Assembly (NCBI GenBank): GCA_031370645.1
Contig: JANMQV010000151.1
Coordinates: forward strand, 10,416 to 74,415
From: Candidatus Eiseniibacteriota bacterium
GTDB taxonomy: Bacteria; Eisenbacteria; RBG-16-71-46; SZUA-252
Direction of reading: 5' to 3'
Length of the DNA: 64,000 nucleotides
The notes under the pieces are model-generated. The model did no database searches. It worked only from the letters and a program-made list of their open reading frames with translations, and was not told the DNA's origin. Position 1 is the stretch's first letter. Each line of letters begins with the position of its first letter. Shown piece by piece: positions 39,944-52,001 of this stretch. The position numbers and the translations under genes were made by a program.

Positions 39944-40908
39944 AGCGCCGAGCGCGCCCCGGGGCGAAACGCGGCCGGCCGTTTCGGTGGCGCGCCGTCG
40001 CCCCCGCGTCCACCTCGAATCTCGGGCCCGGGTTCGATTGCCTCGGCATGGCCATGGCGCTCCCGCTTTCGGTCACGGCCGAGCGCATCGCCGACGGATT
40101 CCGCATCGCGCGCCGCGGCGAAGGGAGCGACCTCGCGTTCGATCCTCACCGCGATCCGGTCCTCCACGCGTTTCGCCACCTCTGCCGCGCCGCGCACGAG
40201 CCCGTTCCGACCGTGGCGCTCACGATCCGCTCGGCGATTCCCGTCGCGCGCGGACTCGGAAGCAGCGCGGCGGCGATCGTGGCGGGACTCACGCTGGCGA
40301 ATCACTGGCTCGGCGGACGATTCGGCGGCGAGGAACTCCTGGCGCAGGCCGTCCGCCTGGAAGGACACCCCGACAATGTCGCGCCGGCGCTCCTCGGCGG
40401 GCTCATTCTCTCCATGCCACTTCAGCGCGGCGGCTTTGAAGCGCTCCGCCTGGCGCCGCCGCGCGGACTCGGCATCACGCTGCTCGTTCCCGATCTCCGC
40501 GTGAGCACGAAGAGGGCGCGGGCGCTCCTCCCGAGGACCATCGCGCTTCACGACGCGGCCGCGAACACGGCGCGGGCGCTCGCGCTCCTCACCGTCCTCG
40601 CGGAACGCCGCTTCGATCTCTTGGCCGACGCCCTCGTGGACGTGTACCATGTGCCGCACCGCGCGCGTCTCATCCCCGGATACGTTCGGGTCGTCGCGGC
40701 GGGCCGGCGCGCCGGCGCCTACGGCGTGACGATCAGCGGAAGCGGACCGACGCTCCTCGCGTTCCACGCGCCGGGAGCGGGGGGCCGCGTCGGCGCGGCG
40801 ATGGTTCGCGCGTTCCACCGCGAAGGCATCGCCTCCCGGGCGCTTCCCGGCCGGATCGCGGCCAAGGGCGCCTCCGCGCACACCCTGCTTGAAACTCGGA
40901 ACCGCTGA
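39940..40908 (+). CDS. thrB: Homoserine kinase
   Basis: [35 protein letters not shown]; GTGA overlap. Confidence 0.95.
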   Translation: MKRRARPGAKRGRPFRWRAVAPASTSNLGPGFDCLGMAMALPLSVTAERIADGFRIARRGEGSDLAFDPHRDPVLHAFRHLCRAAHEPVPTVALTIRSAIPVARGLGSSAAAIVAGLTLANHWLGGRFGGEELLAQAVRLEGHPDNVAPALLGGLILSMPLQRGGFEALRLAPPRGLGITLLVPDLRVSTKRARALLPRTIALHDAAANTARALALLTVLAERRFDLLADALVDVYHVPHRARLIPGYVRVVAAGRRAGAYGVTISGSGPTLLAFHAPGAGGRVGAAMVRAFHREGIASRALPGRIAAKGASAHTLLETRNR

Positions 40909-40909
40909 C

Positions 40910-42127
40910 ATGGGTTTGTTGGTTCAGAAGTATGGCGGGACGTCCGTCGGCACGCCGGAGCGAATCCAGCGCGTGGCGGATCGCATCGTGGGAACGCGTC
41001 GATCGGGAACCGACCTCGTCGTCGTCGTCTCGGCGATGGGCGACACGACCGATGAATTGGCTGATCTCGCGCGTCAGGTGTCTACGGAGGAGCATCCGCG
41101 GGAAATGGACATGCTCCTCACCTCGGGAGAGCGCATATCGATGGCGCTCGTCTCGATGGCGGTGAACGACCGGGGCCAGGAGGCGGTCTCCTTCACCGGC
41201 TCGCAGAGCGGGATCGTCACCGACACGTCTCATACGCGGGCGAAGATCGTCGAGATCAAGGGCGACCGCATCCGCGAGGAGCTGGCGAGGGGTCGCGTCG
41301 TGATCGTCGCCGGATTCCAGGGTGTGAGCAAGGATCGCGAAGTGACGACGCTCGGCCGCGGCGGTTCCGATACGACGGCGGTGGCCCTCGCGGCCGCGCT
41401 CGGCGCGGAGGAATGCGAAATCTATACCGACGTGGACGGCGTCTACACGGCCGATCCGCGCATTGTCCCGGACGCGAGAAAACTTCCGGCCCTCACGTAC
41501 GACGAGATGCTGGAGCTGGCGTCGCTGGGGGCGAAGGTTCTCCACAATCGCTCGGTCGAGATCGCGCGGCGCTTCGGCGTCCCGGTCCACGTCCGCTCGA
41601 GTTTCAACGGGAACGAGGGCACGCGTATTCGAAAGGGTGGAGCGATGGAACAGGTCGTCATTCGCGGAATCGCGCACGACGCGGACATAGCGAAGATCGC
41701 CTTGCTGGGCGTTCCCGACCGTCCCGGCGTCGCCGCGGAGATCTTCCGCGGCGTCGGAGGGCATGGCGTGAACGTCCGCATGATCGTGCAGGCGAGCGGC
41801 GAGGGCGGGAAGAACGACGTCACCTTCGCCGTCGGCTCGCACGACGTGAAGACCGTGCTCCCGATCGTCGAGGAGATGCGAAAGCACCTGAACGCCCGAG
41901 CGTTCGTCTACGACCCCGACGTGGCCATCCTCTCGGTCGTGGGCGAGGGGCTTGCCACGTCGCCCGGTACGGCCGGAGCCGTCTTCGACGCTCTCGCGAA
42001 GGCCGACGTGAACATCGAGTTGATCTCCACCTCGTCCATCACGATCACCTGCATGATGCGCCAGCAAGACGTGGAGCGGGCCGTCCGGTCGCTTCACCAG
42101 GCGCTGCAACTGGAGCAGGGGCCCTAG
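40910..42127 (+). CDS. lysC: Aspartate kinase (alpha/beta type)
   Basis: VQKYGGTSV, VVSAMG, TLGRGGSDTTA, YTDVDGVYTADP, two ACT domains. Confidence 0.96.
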   Translation: MGLLVQKYGGTSVGTPERIQRVADRIVGTRRSGTDLVVVVSAMGDTTDELADLARQVSTEEHPREMDMLLTSGERISMALVSMAVNDRGQEAVSFTGSQSGIVTDTSHTRAKIVEIKGDRIREELARGRVVIVAGFQGVSKDREVTTLGRGGSDTTAVALAAALGAEECEIYTDVDGVYTADPRIVPDARKLPALTYDEMLELASLGAKVLHNRSVEIARRFGVPVHVRSSFNGNEGTRIRKGGAMEQVVIRGIAHDADIAKIALLGVPDRPGVAAEIFRGVGGHGVNVRMIVQASGEGGKNDVTFAVGSHDVKTVLPIVEEMRKHLNARAFVYDPDVAILSVVGEGLATSPGTAGAVFDALAKADVNIELISTSSITITCMMRQQDVERAVRSLHQALQLEQGP

Positions 42128-42152
42128 CGGCGGGCCCGGGAACGCACCCGCC

Positions 42153-42899
42153 ATGGAATGGCGCGAGAAACCATCGGTTCTGCGCCGCGGAGCGGCACCC
42201 CCGGACGAACGTACCTCGGCGATCGTGGTCGCGATCGCCTGTATCCTCCATCTGATCTTCCTTCCGTTCTTCTTCTACAAGGTCCGGCCGGCCACCGAGA
42301 TCTCGCTGCCGGCGAGCACGGGGGCGAGAACGCGCTCGCAGCTCGTCCGCCTCTCGCCGCTTCGCACCCTTCCAACGCCGGAGGCGGCCCCCGCCGCCGC
42401 GAAGGCGAAGCCGAAGCCCGCGCTCCTGAAAAAATACCAGCCGGGATCGAAGATCACGATCCGCGACGAGCGGGCGCCGAACAAGAAGGGAAAGGCCGCG
42501 GAGACGAAGCCCGCGCCGAAGGACGCCGACGCGCCGGCCGCGACCGACCTGACGCCGCGCTGGTTTTCCTCCGACTCTTCGCGCGTCACGAGCGCGAAGA
42601 CCGACGGCGACTTCCGATTCGCGTACTATCTCGCCACGCTCCGGAACAAGATCGGTTCCCGCTGGGTACCTCCCCCGGGAGTCGACGCCCGCGGGCGTCC
42701 GGTGAAGACCACCGTTTATTTCCGCGTTCACCGCGACGGCCAGATCTCGCAGGCGACGATCGAATCATCTTCCGGGTACGCGTTCTTCGATCAGACCGCG
42801 ATGCGGGCGCTTCTCTCGGCGACGCCGCTTCCGCCGCTTCCGGCGGGATTCACGGACAACTACCTGGGGGTTCACTTTGGCTTCGAATTCGAACAGTAG
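42153..42899 (+). CDS. tolA: TolA/TonB-family protein
   Basis: TM with conserved His (CILHLIF), Pro/Ala/Lys linker, TonB_C-like SSG..FDQTAMRA..PLPPLP; upstream of tolB. Confidence 0.75.
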   Translation: MEWREKPSVLRRGAAPPDERTSAIVVAIACILHLIFLPFFFYKVRPATEISLPASTGARTRSQLVRLSPLRTLPTPEAAPAAAKAKPKPALLKKYQPGSKITIRDERAPNKKGKAAETKPAPKDADAPAATDLTPRWFSSDSSRVTSAKTDGDFRFAYYLATLRNKIGSRWVPPPGVDARGRPVKTTVYFRVHRDGQISQATIESSSGYAFFDQTAMRALLSATPLPPLPAGFTDNYLGVHFGFEFEQ

Positions 42900-44169
42900 G
42901 CTCCTCGCCCCTGGCGCGGTCGCGGGGCTCGTCGTTCTGGCGCTGGCGCTGACGGCTCGCCCCGCGAGGACGCAGACCGACGTCCGGATCGGCGTGCAGA
43001 CGTCGGGCAGCACCAAGTCGCCGCTCCTCCTCGCGACGTTTCGCGGTCCGGGCGTGGCCGATGGGGTCCGGGACGTCCCGCGCGGCGATTTCGAACTCTC
43101 GGGACTCTTCAACGTGCGCGACGTGCCGCCCCTGGAAACGAAATTGAGCCCCGACGCCTCGCTCTCCGGGGGCGTTCGTGTCGAGGGGCTCGTGGAGGCG
43201 GAGGGCGCGGGCTGGAAATTCACGGGGGAAGTGTTCGACCTCGGCACCGCGGAGTCGGTCTTCCGCCGCGCTTACACGTTCGATCGCGGGTCGCTTCGCG
43301 CCACCCTCCATCGCTTCTCCGACGACGTCATCGAGGCGCTCACCGGAGAGCGGGGCATCTGCGAGACCTCCGTCGCGTTCGTCCGGCAGAGCGGAAGAGT
43401 GAAGGAGGTCTGGGTGATGGACTACGACGGCGAGAACCAGCGGCAGGTGACGCACGACCGGAGCATCGCGCTCTCGCCGGCGTGGGCCCCGTGGGGAAGC
43501 GAATTCGCGTTCACCACGTTCAAGCGCGGGAATCCCGACATCTATCTCTTCGATCTTCGCCGCGGCGCCTCCTTCCCCTTCTCCACGCGCCCCGGGCTCA
43601 ACACGGCGCCCTCCTATTCGCCCGACGGAAAGTGGATCGCCTGCACCCTGTCGCGCGACGGGAACGCCGAGATCTACCTCGTGAGCCGCGATGCGCAGAC
43701 GGCCCGGCGCCTCACGCGAAACCCGCGCATCGACTCTTCGCCCTGCTTCAGCCCGACGGGGCGAGAGATCGTCTTCACGTCGGACCGTGGCGGATCGCCG
43801 CAGCTCTACGTGATGGACACCGAGGGCCTGAACCAGCGCCTCCTCACGCTCGAGGGGAAGTACAATGATTCGGCCCAGTGGTCGCCGAAGGGAGAGAAGA
43901 TCACCTACGCCGCGCGCCACGACGGGACGTTCGACGTCGTCATCATCGAATCGGACGGCCAGAACGCCGTGCAGGTCACGTCCGAAGCGGGCCAGAACGA
44001 GAATCCCCGGTGGTCGGCCGACGGCCGTAAGATCTACTTCTCTAGTTCCCGCACCGGGCGCCGCCAGATCTACCTGATGAATCCCGACGGGAGCGACGTC
44101 GTTCAATTGACGAAGAACGACGAGAACTACAATCCGTCGGCGGGCCCACAGGTCCGGAAGAAGGGATAA
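42877..44169 (+). CDS. tolB: Tol-Pal beta-propeller protein TolB
   Basis: HRFSDDVI..LTG.RG, MDYDG, repeated P.WSPDG blades, SDRGGSPQLY. Confidence 0.92.
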   Translation: MASNSNSRLLAPGAVAGLVVLALALTARPARTQTDVRIGVQTSGSTKSPLLLATFRGPGVADGVRDVPRGDFELSGLFNVRDVPPLETKLSPDASLSGGVRVEGLVEAEGAGWKFTGEVFDLGTAESVFRRAYTFDRGSLRATLHRFSDDVIEALTGERGICETSVAFVRQSGRVKEVWVMDYDGENQRQVTHDRSIALSPAWAPWGSEFAFTTFKRGNPDIYLFDLRRGASFPFSTRPGLNTAPSYSPDGKWIACTLSRDGNAEIYLVSRDAQTARRLTRNPRIDSSPCFSPTGREIVFTSDRGGSPQLYVMDTEGLNQRLLTLEGKYNDSAQWSPKGEKITYAARHDGTFDVVIIESDGQNAVQVTSEAGQNENPRWSADGRKIYFSSSRTGRRQIYLMNPDGSDVVQLTKNDENYNPSAGPQVRKKG

Positions 44170-44183
44170 TCCCTCCGCGCGGG

Positions 44184-44213
44184 TTGACGCTCGCCGGCAG
44201 GCTGTGCTACGGT
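44184..44213 (+). promoter_or_regulatory. Sigma70-type promoter of pal
   Basis: TTGACG-N18-TACGGT with extended TG. Confidence 0.6.
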
Positions 44214-44269
44214 TTGAAATTGGCCGGAAGTCCTTGTCTGACAACACTCTGACCCAAACGAGGGATCGA

Positions 44270-44800
44270 ATGATGCGCCATACACCACGGATGGTCAGGT
44301 TAGCGATGGCGGGCTTGCTCGCCGCGCTCCTCATGGCTCTCGGATGTGCTTCGCGGAAGCAGGTCTCGACGTCGCAAGTGGAGCCGCCTCCGCCTCCGCC
44401 GACCTCGCAGCAGGACACGCCGACGCCGCCTCCGTCGTCTTCGACGGAGACGCAGGACGAGCCGGAGACGCGGTCGGCCCTCAGCGATGCCTTCTTCGAC
44501 TTCGACGAAGCCTCGCTTCGCGCCGACGCGAAGAGCGCGCTCGAAGGCAACGCCAAGTGGATGGAGAAGCATAGCGGGAGCGTGATCGTCGAGGGGCACT
44601 GCGACGAACGCGGCTCCGTGGAATACAACCTGGCGCTCGGCGAGAAGCGCGCGAAGGCGGCGAAGGAATATCTCGTCTCCTACGGCATCGCCGCGAATCG
44701 TCTGACGACGATTTCCTACGGCAAAGAGCGGCCCTTCGATCCTGGCCACGACGAGAACGCCTGGTCGCAGAACCGCCGGGCCCACTTCGTCTCCAAGTGA
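44270..44800 (+). CDS. pal: Peptidoglycan-associated lipoprotein
   Basis: Lipobox ALG-C; FFDFD, VEGHCDERGS.EYNLALGEKRA, SYGKERP, NRRAHF. Confidence 0.96.
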   Translation: MMRHTPRMVRLAMAGLLAALLMALGCASRKQVSTSQVEPPPPPPTSQQDTPTPPPSSSTETQDEPETRSALSDAFFDFDEASLRADAKSALEGNAKWMEKHSGSVIVEGHCDERGSVEYNLALGEKRAKAAKEYLVSYGIAANRLTTISYGKERPFDPGHDENAWSQNRRAHFVSK

Positions 44801-45594
44801 TCTCGTCGCGCCGTCCTCCGCGCGCTACCGGGGCGCTTCGGGCGCCGGCCGCTGCCCTCGCGCTCGCCGCCTTCGTGACGGCGGGCGCTTCCGGCTGCGC
44901 TCCGAGCGGCTACTACCGTTCGAGCCAGTCGTCGCTCGATAGCCTGCTCACCACGCAAGCGGAACTCATGAAGCACGTGAATGCGCTCGACCGGAAGGTG
45001 GAGACGACGCGAGAGTCGGTTCAAGCGACCCGCGCGAGCAGCGAGAACCGGATGAACGACCTCTCGGCGCGCATGGAAGTGATCGAGGGCAAGGTGGACG
45101 CCTCGGGCGAGCGATTCAGCCGTGTCGCCGATAAGATCGACAACGTGAAGGAGCGGCTCACTCGCGCCGATAGCGTCCGGGACGCGGGCGGCTCGATGGT
45201 CCGCGATTCCACCGCGATCCTCGACCCCGAGAGCGCTTACAACGCCGCCTACGCGGATCTTTCGGCGGGGCGCTACGATTTGGCGCGGCAGGCGTTCGTC
45301 GAGTACCTGAAGCACTATCCCAGCACCGAGCGCTCCGACAACGCGCAGTACTGGGTCGGGGAGTGCCTCTACGCCACCGGCGATTTCGACGGCTCGATCG
45401 TCGAGTACGCGAAAGTCGTGGAGCGTTACCCGAAAGGGGACAAGGTGGCCGCGGCGCTTCTCAAGTCGGGCTACGCGCACGCTCGGATGAACCGGCCGGA
45501 AGAGGCGAAGAAGTCGTTCCGGCTGGTCGTGCAGCGTTTTCCGAAGAGCGACGAGGCGCGTCTCGCGCGGGAGCGTTTGGCCGCCAAGTCGTAG
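44797..45594 (+). CDS. cpoB: Tol-Pal coordinator CpoB (YbgF)
   Basis: Coiled coil plus TPRs (YNAAY, DNAQYWVGE, ALLKSG); follows pal. Confidence 0.9.
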   Translation: MISSRRPPRATGALRAPAAALALAAFVTAGASGCAPSGYYRSSQSSLDSLLTTQAELMKHVNALDRKVETTRESVQATRASSENRMNDLSARMEVIEGKVDASGERFSRVADKIDNVKERLTRADSVRDAGGSMVRDSTAILDPESAYNAAYADLSAGRYDLARQAFVEYLKHYPSTERSDNAQYWVGECLYATGDFDGSIVEYAKVVERYPKGDKVAAALLKSGYAHARMNRPEEAKKSFRLVVQRFPKSDEARLARERLAAKS

Positions 45595-45650
45595 ATTTCA
45601 AGTCGCCCCATCGTTCGTCGCCGGGGAACGCCCCGGCGCGGTAGAACCAG

Positions 45651-48296
<2,646 letters not shown>

Positions 48297-48394
48297 CGCC
48301 CTCGCGGACCGGCGGCTAGCGTGGCGGTTCGCGTTTCAGGAACCCGATCGAAGTCCACATCACCCCGCCGAGGACCATGACGGTCGGTCTATTC

Positions 48395-48859
48395 ATGCGC
48401 CTTTCCGAGCTATTGAACGAGCAATCGATCAGTCTGTCTCTCACGGCTCGCGACAAGGAGTCGTGTATCAAGGAGTTGGTGCAGCTCCTCGAGACGGCGC
48501 ATGGCGTGAACACGAAGGGGGAGATCCTCAGTAAGGTTTTGCAGCGCGAGTCGATGATGTCGACCGGCATCGGAAACGGTGTCGCCATTCCCCACGGCAA
48601 GACCCGCCTCCTCGATCATCTGGTGGCCGCGTGCGCCGTCAGCCCCGCCGGCGTGGAGTTCGACACGATGGACGGGGAGCCGGCGACCCTCTTCATTCTC
48701 CTGGTCTCCCCCGAAAGCCTCCGCGGTCCCCACGTGAAGGCATTGGCGAACGTGTCGCGCCTCCTGAAAGAGGAATCGATCCGAACAGCCCTTCGCCAAA
48801 GCGCCACGCCGCAGCAGTTTCTCGAGGTCCTTCGGGACGCCGAGAGCCGGTTTCTGTAG
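48395..48859 (+). CDS. PTS IIA (fructose/Ntr-type) component
   Basis: RE..MSTGIGNGVAIPH phospho-His motif; alternative start 48377; TTGACG-N18-TAGCGT at 48293-48322. Confidence 0.9.
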   Translation: MRLSELLNEQSISLSLTARDKESCIKELVQLLETAHGVNTKGEILSKVLQRESMMSTGIGNGVAIPHGKTRLLDHLVAACAVSPAGVEFDTMDGEPATLFILLVSPESLRGPHVKALANVSRLLKEESIRTALRQSATPQQFLEVLRDAESRFL

Positions 48860-48955
48860 GGATTTCCGCCGAACGGCCGTGTTGACGTCGGGGCCGCCCC
48901 CCTGGTACCGTTCCGCCATCACCTGCCGTCCCCCAGAAAGGAGTCAATCCCTTCC

Positions 48956-50296
48956 ATGAAGTCGTTTCATGGCCTATTGGTGGGCGCCCTTTTGCTTGCG
49001 GCGTTCGCCGGTTGCTCCCCCAAAGATAAGAGGGTCAACAGCGTAGGTTCCTACGCTCCCATCATCACGGGGATGAAGAACACCACCGGAGAGCCGGCGA
49101 TTCGCGGCATTCCGAACGAACTCCAGGTCCTCATCACGAACGTCAACAATCTGACGCTGACCATTCACTGGAAGGCGACCGCCGGGACGCTATCGGACTC
49201 CACCGGCACTACGGCCGTCTGGACCCCTCCCAACGCGGTCGAGACCGACACCATCGTTGTCTCCGTCGAGGCGAACGACGGCACGCAGTCCTTCTTCAAG
49301 ACGACGACCTTCCCGATGTACGTGGACAACCGCTACGAGCGGTGGACGAGGGACATCGGGATTCAGTACGACCTCGCGCCTACGACGAGCGGTGCGCTGG
49401 TCTACGCGCAGCTCCGGAACAACCTCACCGGGGAGGGGGACGTCTACCGCGTCACCTCGCCTCTTGGCCTCACCGAGAAGCTGACGACCGACTTCTTCTC
49501 CGTCTCGTCGCCCACTCCGCGAGGGGACGAGCAGATGGTCGCCTTCGCCGGACGCCGGCGCACGACCGATGCGACCTCGATCTGGCTGACCCCGTGGGCG
49601 GGCGCCGACACCTTGACGGCCACCCTGCTGACGTCCACCAACACGATCTTCCAGCGATACGTCTCGAACCCGCGCTTCTCCTGGATCGGCGGCTTCCTCA
49701 TGTACGCCTCCGATTCGCTGCTGACGGGTTTTCCGAAACTCCGGTACCGCGACATCATCAACAACACGTCGCCGGTGAACATCATGGACATCACGATCAA
49801 CGCCAATCTGATCTTTAATTCCTATTTCCCGGCCAACTGGGGGCCGGGCGGCACGAACACGACCCCGCCGGATTCGGTGGTCACTCCGTCCGTTTTCTCC
49901 TTCAACGCGGTCGGACAGACGGCGCGGGGAACGTTCAAGTTCCAAACGCCGCGCTTCATCGATCCCCCGCCGCTCGACGACCAAGTCTGGATGGCCGACA
50001 CAACGATGGCTGAGCCCGATTGGACGTTCGACGGAAACTACATCGTCTACTCGCGGCGCGATCCGACGCGCACCGACCGCGATATCTGGATCATCGCGAC
50101 GAACGCGACGAGTCTCGCTCAGGCCAAGCAGGTCACGCGCGGCCCCGCGGACGACTCGCACCCGCGCTTCTCGAAGGACGGGACGAAGATCTTCTTCGTC
50201 TCGAATCGACAGGACCGATACGGGCTGAATGGAATCTTCGCCAGGGAACGGCGCGGAACTAATCTCTGGAGCGTCCAGCTCTACGACTTACCCTAG
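48956..50296 (+). CDS. Lipoprotein with TolB-like (PD40) propeller repeats
   Basis: AAAGGAG RBS; lipobox FAG-C; PDWTFDG, HPRFSKDG.KIFFVSNR; TTGACG-N18-TACCGT at 48882-48911. Confidence 0.75.
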   Translation: MKSFHGLLVGALLLAAFAGCSPKDKRVNSVGSYAPIITGMKNTTGEPAIRGIPNELQVLITNVNNLTLTIHWKATAGTLSDSTGTTAVWTPPNAVETDTIVVSVEANDGTQSFFKTTTFPMYVDNRYERWTRDIGIQYDLAPTTSGALVYAQLRNNLTGEGDVYRVTSPLGLTEKLTTDFFSVSSPTPRGDEQMVAFAGRRRTTDATSIWLTPWAGADTLTATLLTSTNTIFQRYVSNPRFSWIGGFLMYASDSLLTGFPKLRYRDIINNTSPVNIMDITINANLIFNSYFPANWGPGGTNTTPPDSVVTPSVFSFNAVGQTARGTFKFQTPRFIDPPPLDDQVWMADTTMAEPDWTFDGNYIVYSRRDPTRTDRDIWIIATNATSLAQAKQVTRGPADDSHPRFSKDGTKIFFVSNRQDRYGLNGIFARERRGTNLWSVQLYDLP

Positions 50297-50349
50297 GGAA
50301 ATCGATCGGGGGACCGGACGGCCCGCCCGGTTCCCCCGATGAGGTCCCC

Positions 50350-51549
50350 ATGAAGCAGCGAGATCCCTCTCGCCTGTCGTTCAACACCCTCTGCGTGCAC
50401 GGCTCCGGCGGCGCCGACCCGGCGACGGGGGCCATTTCCACTCCCATCTACCAGAGCAGCACCTTCGCCTTCGAGAGCGCCGAAGCCGGCGCCGCCATTT
50501 TCGCGGGCGAGCGCGAAGGCTATTTCTACACGCGACTCGGGAATCCGACCCAGGCGGCGTTCGAACGGGAAATGGCGTTCCTGGAGCGGGGAGAAGCCGC
50601 GCTCGCCACCGGAAGCGGCATGGCCGCCACGACGACCGCGGTCCTCACGCTCGTCCGCGCGGGCGAGAATATCGTGGCCGCCCACACGCTCTACGGCGGA
50701 ACGCACAAGCTCTTCAACGAGCTTCTCCCTCGCTTCGGGGTGGAGGCTCGCACGGTCGACGCCAACGACCCTGAAGCCATCGCGCGCGCCGTCGACGGAA
50801 AGACGCGCCTCCTTTTCGTCGAGACGCCCGCCAATCCGACGCTCTCGATCATCGACCTCCGGCTCTGCGTCCGCGAATGCCGCCGGCACGGCATTCCGCT
50901 CATCGTGGACAACACGTTCGCCACGCCCTACTACCAGCGCCCGCTCGAGCTCGGCGCGGACGTCATCATTCACAGCGCGACGAAGTACATCGGCGGCCAC
51001 GGCGACACGGTGGCGGGCGTGATCGTCGGCAAGAAGGATTTCATCCGGAAGGCGCGCTTCGAGATGATCCGCGATCTCGGAGGCATCTTGAGTCCGTTCA
51101 ACGCGTGGCTTCTGCTGCGCGGGCTGAAGACGCTTCCGGTGCGGATGGAGCGGCACTCCGAAAACGCCATGCAGATCGCCCAGTTCCTCAATTTTCATCC
51201 GAAGGTGTCGCGCCTCTGGTATCCGGGTCTTCGAACGCATCCGCAGCATGAGATCGCGGTGAAGCAGATGAGCGGGTTCGGCGGCATGCTGGCGTTCGAG
51301 CTGAAGGGTGGCCGTGCGGCGGGTGTCACGCTCCTCAACTCCGTCGAGCTCATGACTCTCGCCGTGAGTCTCGGCGACTGCGACACGCTCATCGAGCACC
51401 CGGCCTCGATGACGCACTCCACCTATTCCTCGGAGGAACTGGCGGCGGTCGGAATCACCGACGGTCTGGTCCGGCTCTCGGTTGGAATCGAGGGTGTTCA
51501 GGATCTGATCGCCGACCTCGACCAAGCCCTGGCCCGGGTGGCCGCGTGA
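50350..51549 (+). CDS. PLP-dependent trans-sulfuration enzyme, probably methionine gamma-lyase
   Basis: YTRLGNPT, SGMAA, ETPANP, VDNTF, HSATKYIGGHGD, AVSLG, HPASMTH, RLSVG. Confidence 0.92.
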   Translation: MKQRDPSRLSFNTLCVHGSGGADPATGAISTPIYQSSTFAFESAEAGAAIFAGEREGYFYTRLGNPTQAAFEREMAFLERGEAALATGSGMAATTTAVLTLVRAGENIVAAHTLYGGTHKLFNELLPRFGVEARTVDANDPEAIARAVDGKTRLLFVETPANPTLSIIDLRLCVRECRRHGIPLIVDNTFATPYYQRPLELGADVIIHSATKYIGGHGDTVAGVIVGKKDFIRKARFEMIRDLGGILSPFNAWLLLRGLKTLPVRMERHSENAMQIAQFLNFHPKVSRLWYPGLRTHPQHEIAVKQMSGFGGMLAFELKGGRAAGVTLLNSVELMTLAVSLGDCDTLIEHPASMTHSTYSSEELAAVGITDGLVRLSVGIEGVQDLIADLDQALARVAA

Positions 51550-52001
51550 CCGCCGCCCCGGGCAGTCCCGCCGGGGCGAACGTACCGTCGTTCGCCGCGG
51601 TCTTCTTCCGCTATTGGTTTCCGGTCTTCGCCTACATCGGACTCATCTTCTCCCTCTCGTCCATCAAGGGGAGCGATATCCCCGGCGGCTTCCCGAATAT
51701 GGACAAGATCGCGCATCTCTTGGAGTATTCGCTGCTCGGACTCCTGATCGGGCGCGCCATCCGGTTCACCATGGCCGGCAGGGGGCTGAAGGTCGCTGCC
51801 GTCGTGACGGTGTTGCTCGGGGCGGCGATCGGAGTGGCCGACGAACTTTATCAGCGGCGCGTGCCGGAACGGACCAGCGACGTGCGGGATTGGATCGTCG
51901 ATGTGACGGCGGTTGCGTTCTCCGTCCTCTTCACCCAATGGGTGACAACGCGGGCGCTCCGAAAGCGCGCCGCGCGCGAAACTCCGGAGGCGAATCGATG
52001 A
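51546..52001 (+). CDS. VanZ-family membrane protein
   Basis: DKIAHLLEY, DELYQ..VP.R...VRDW..D. Confidence 0.85.
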   Translation: MTAAPGSPAGANVPSFAAVFFRYWFPVFAYIGLIFSLSSIKGSDIPGGFPNMDKIAHLLEYSLLGLLIGRAIRFTMAGRGLKVAAVVTVLLGAAIGVADELYQRRVPERTSDVRDWIVDVTAVAFSVLFTQWVTTRALRKRAARETPEANR

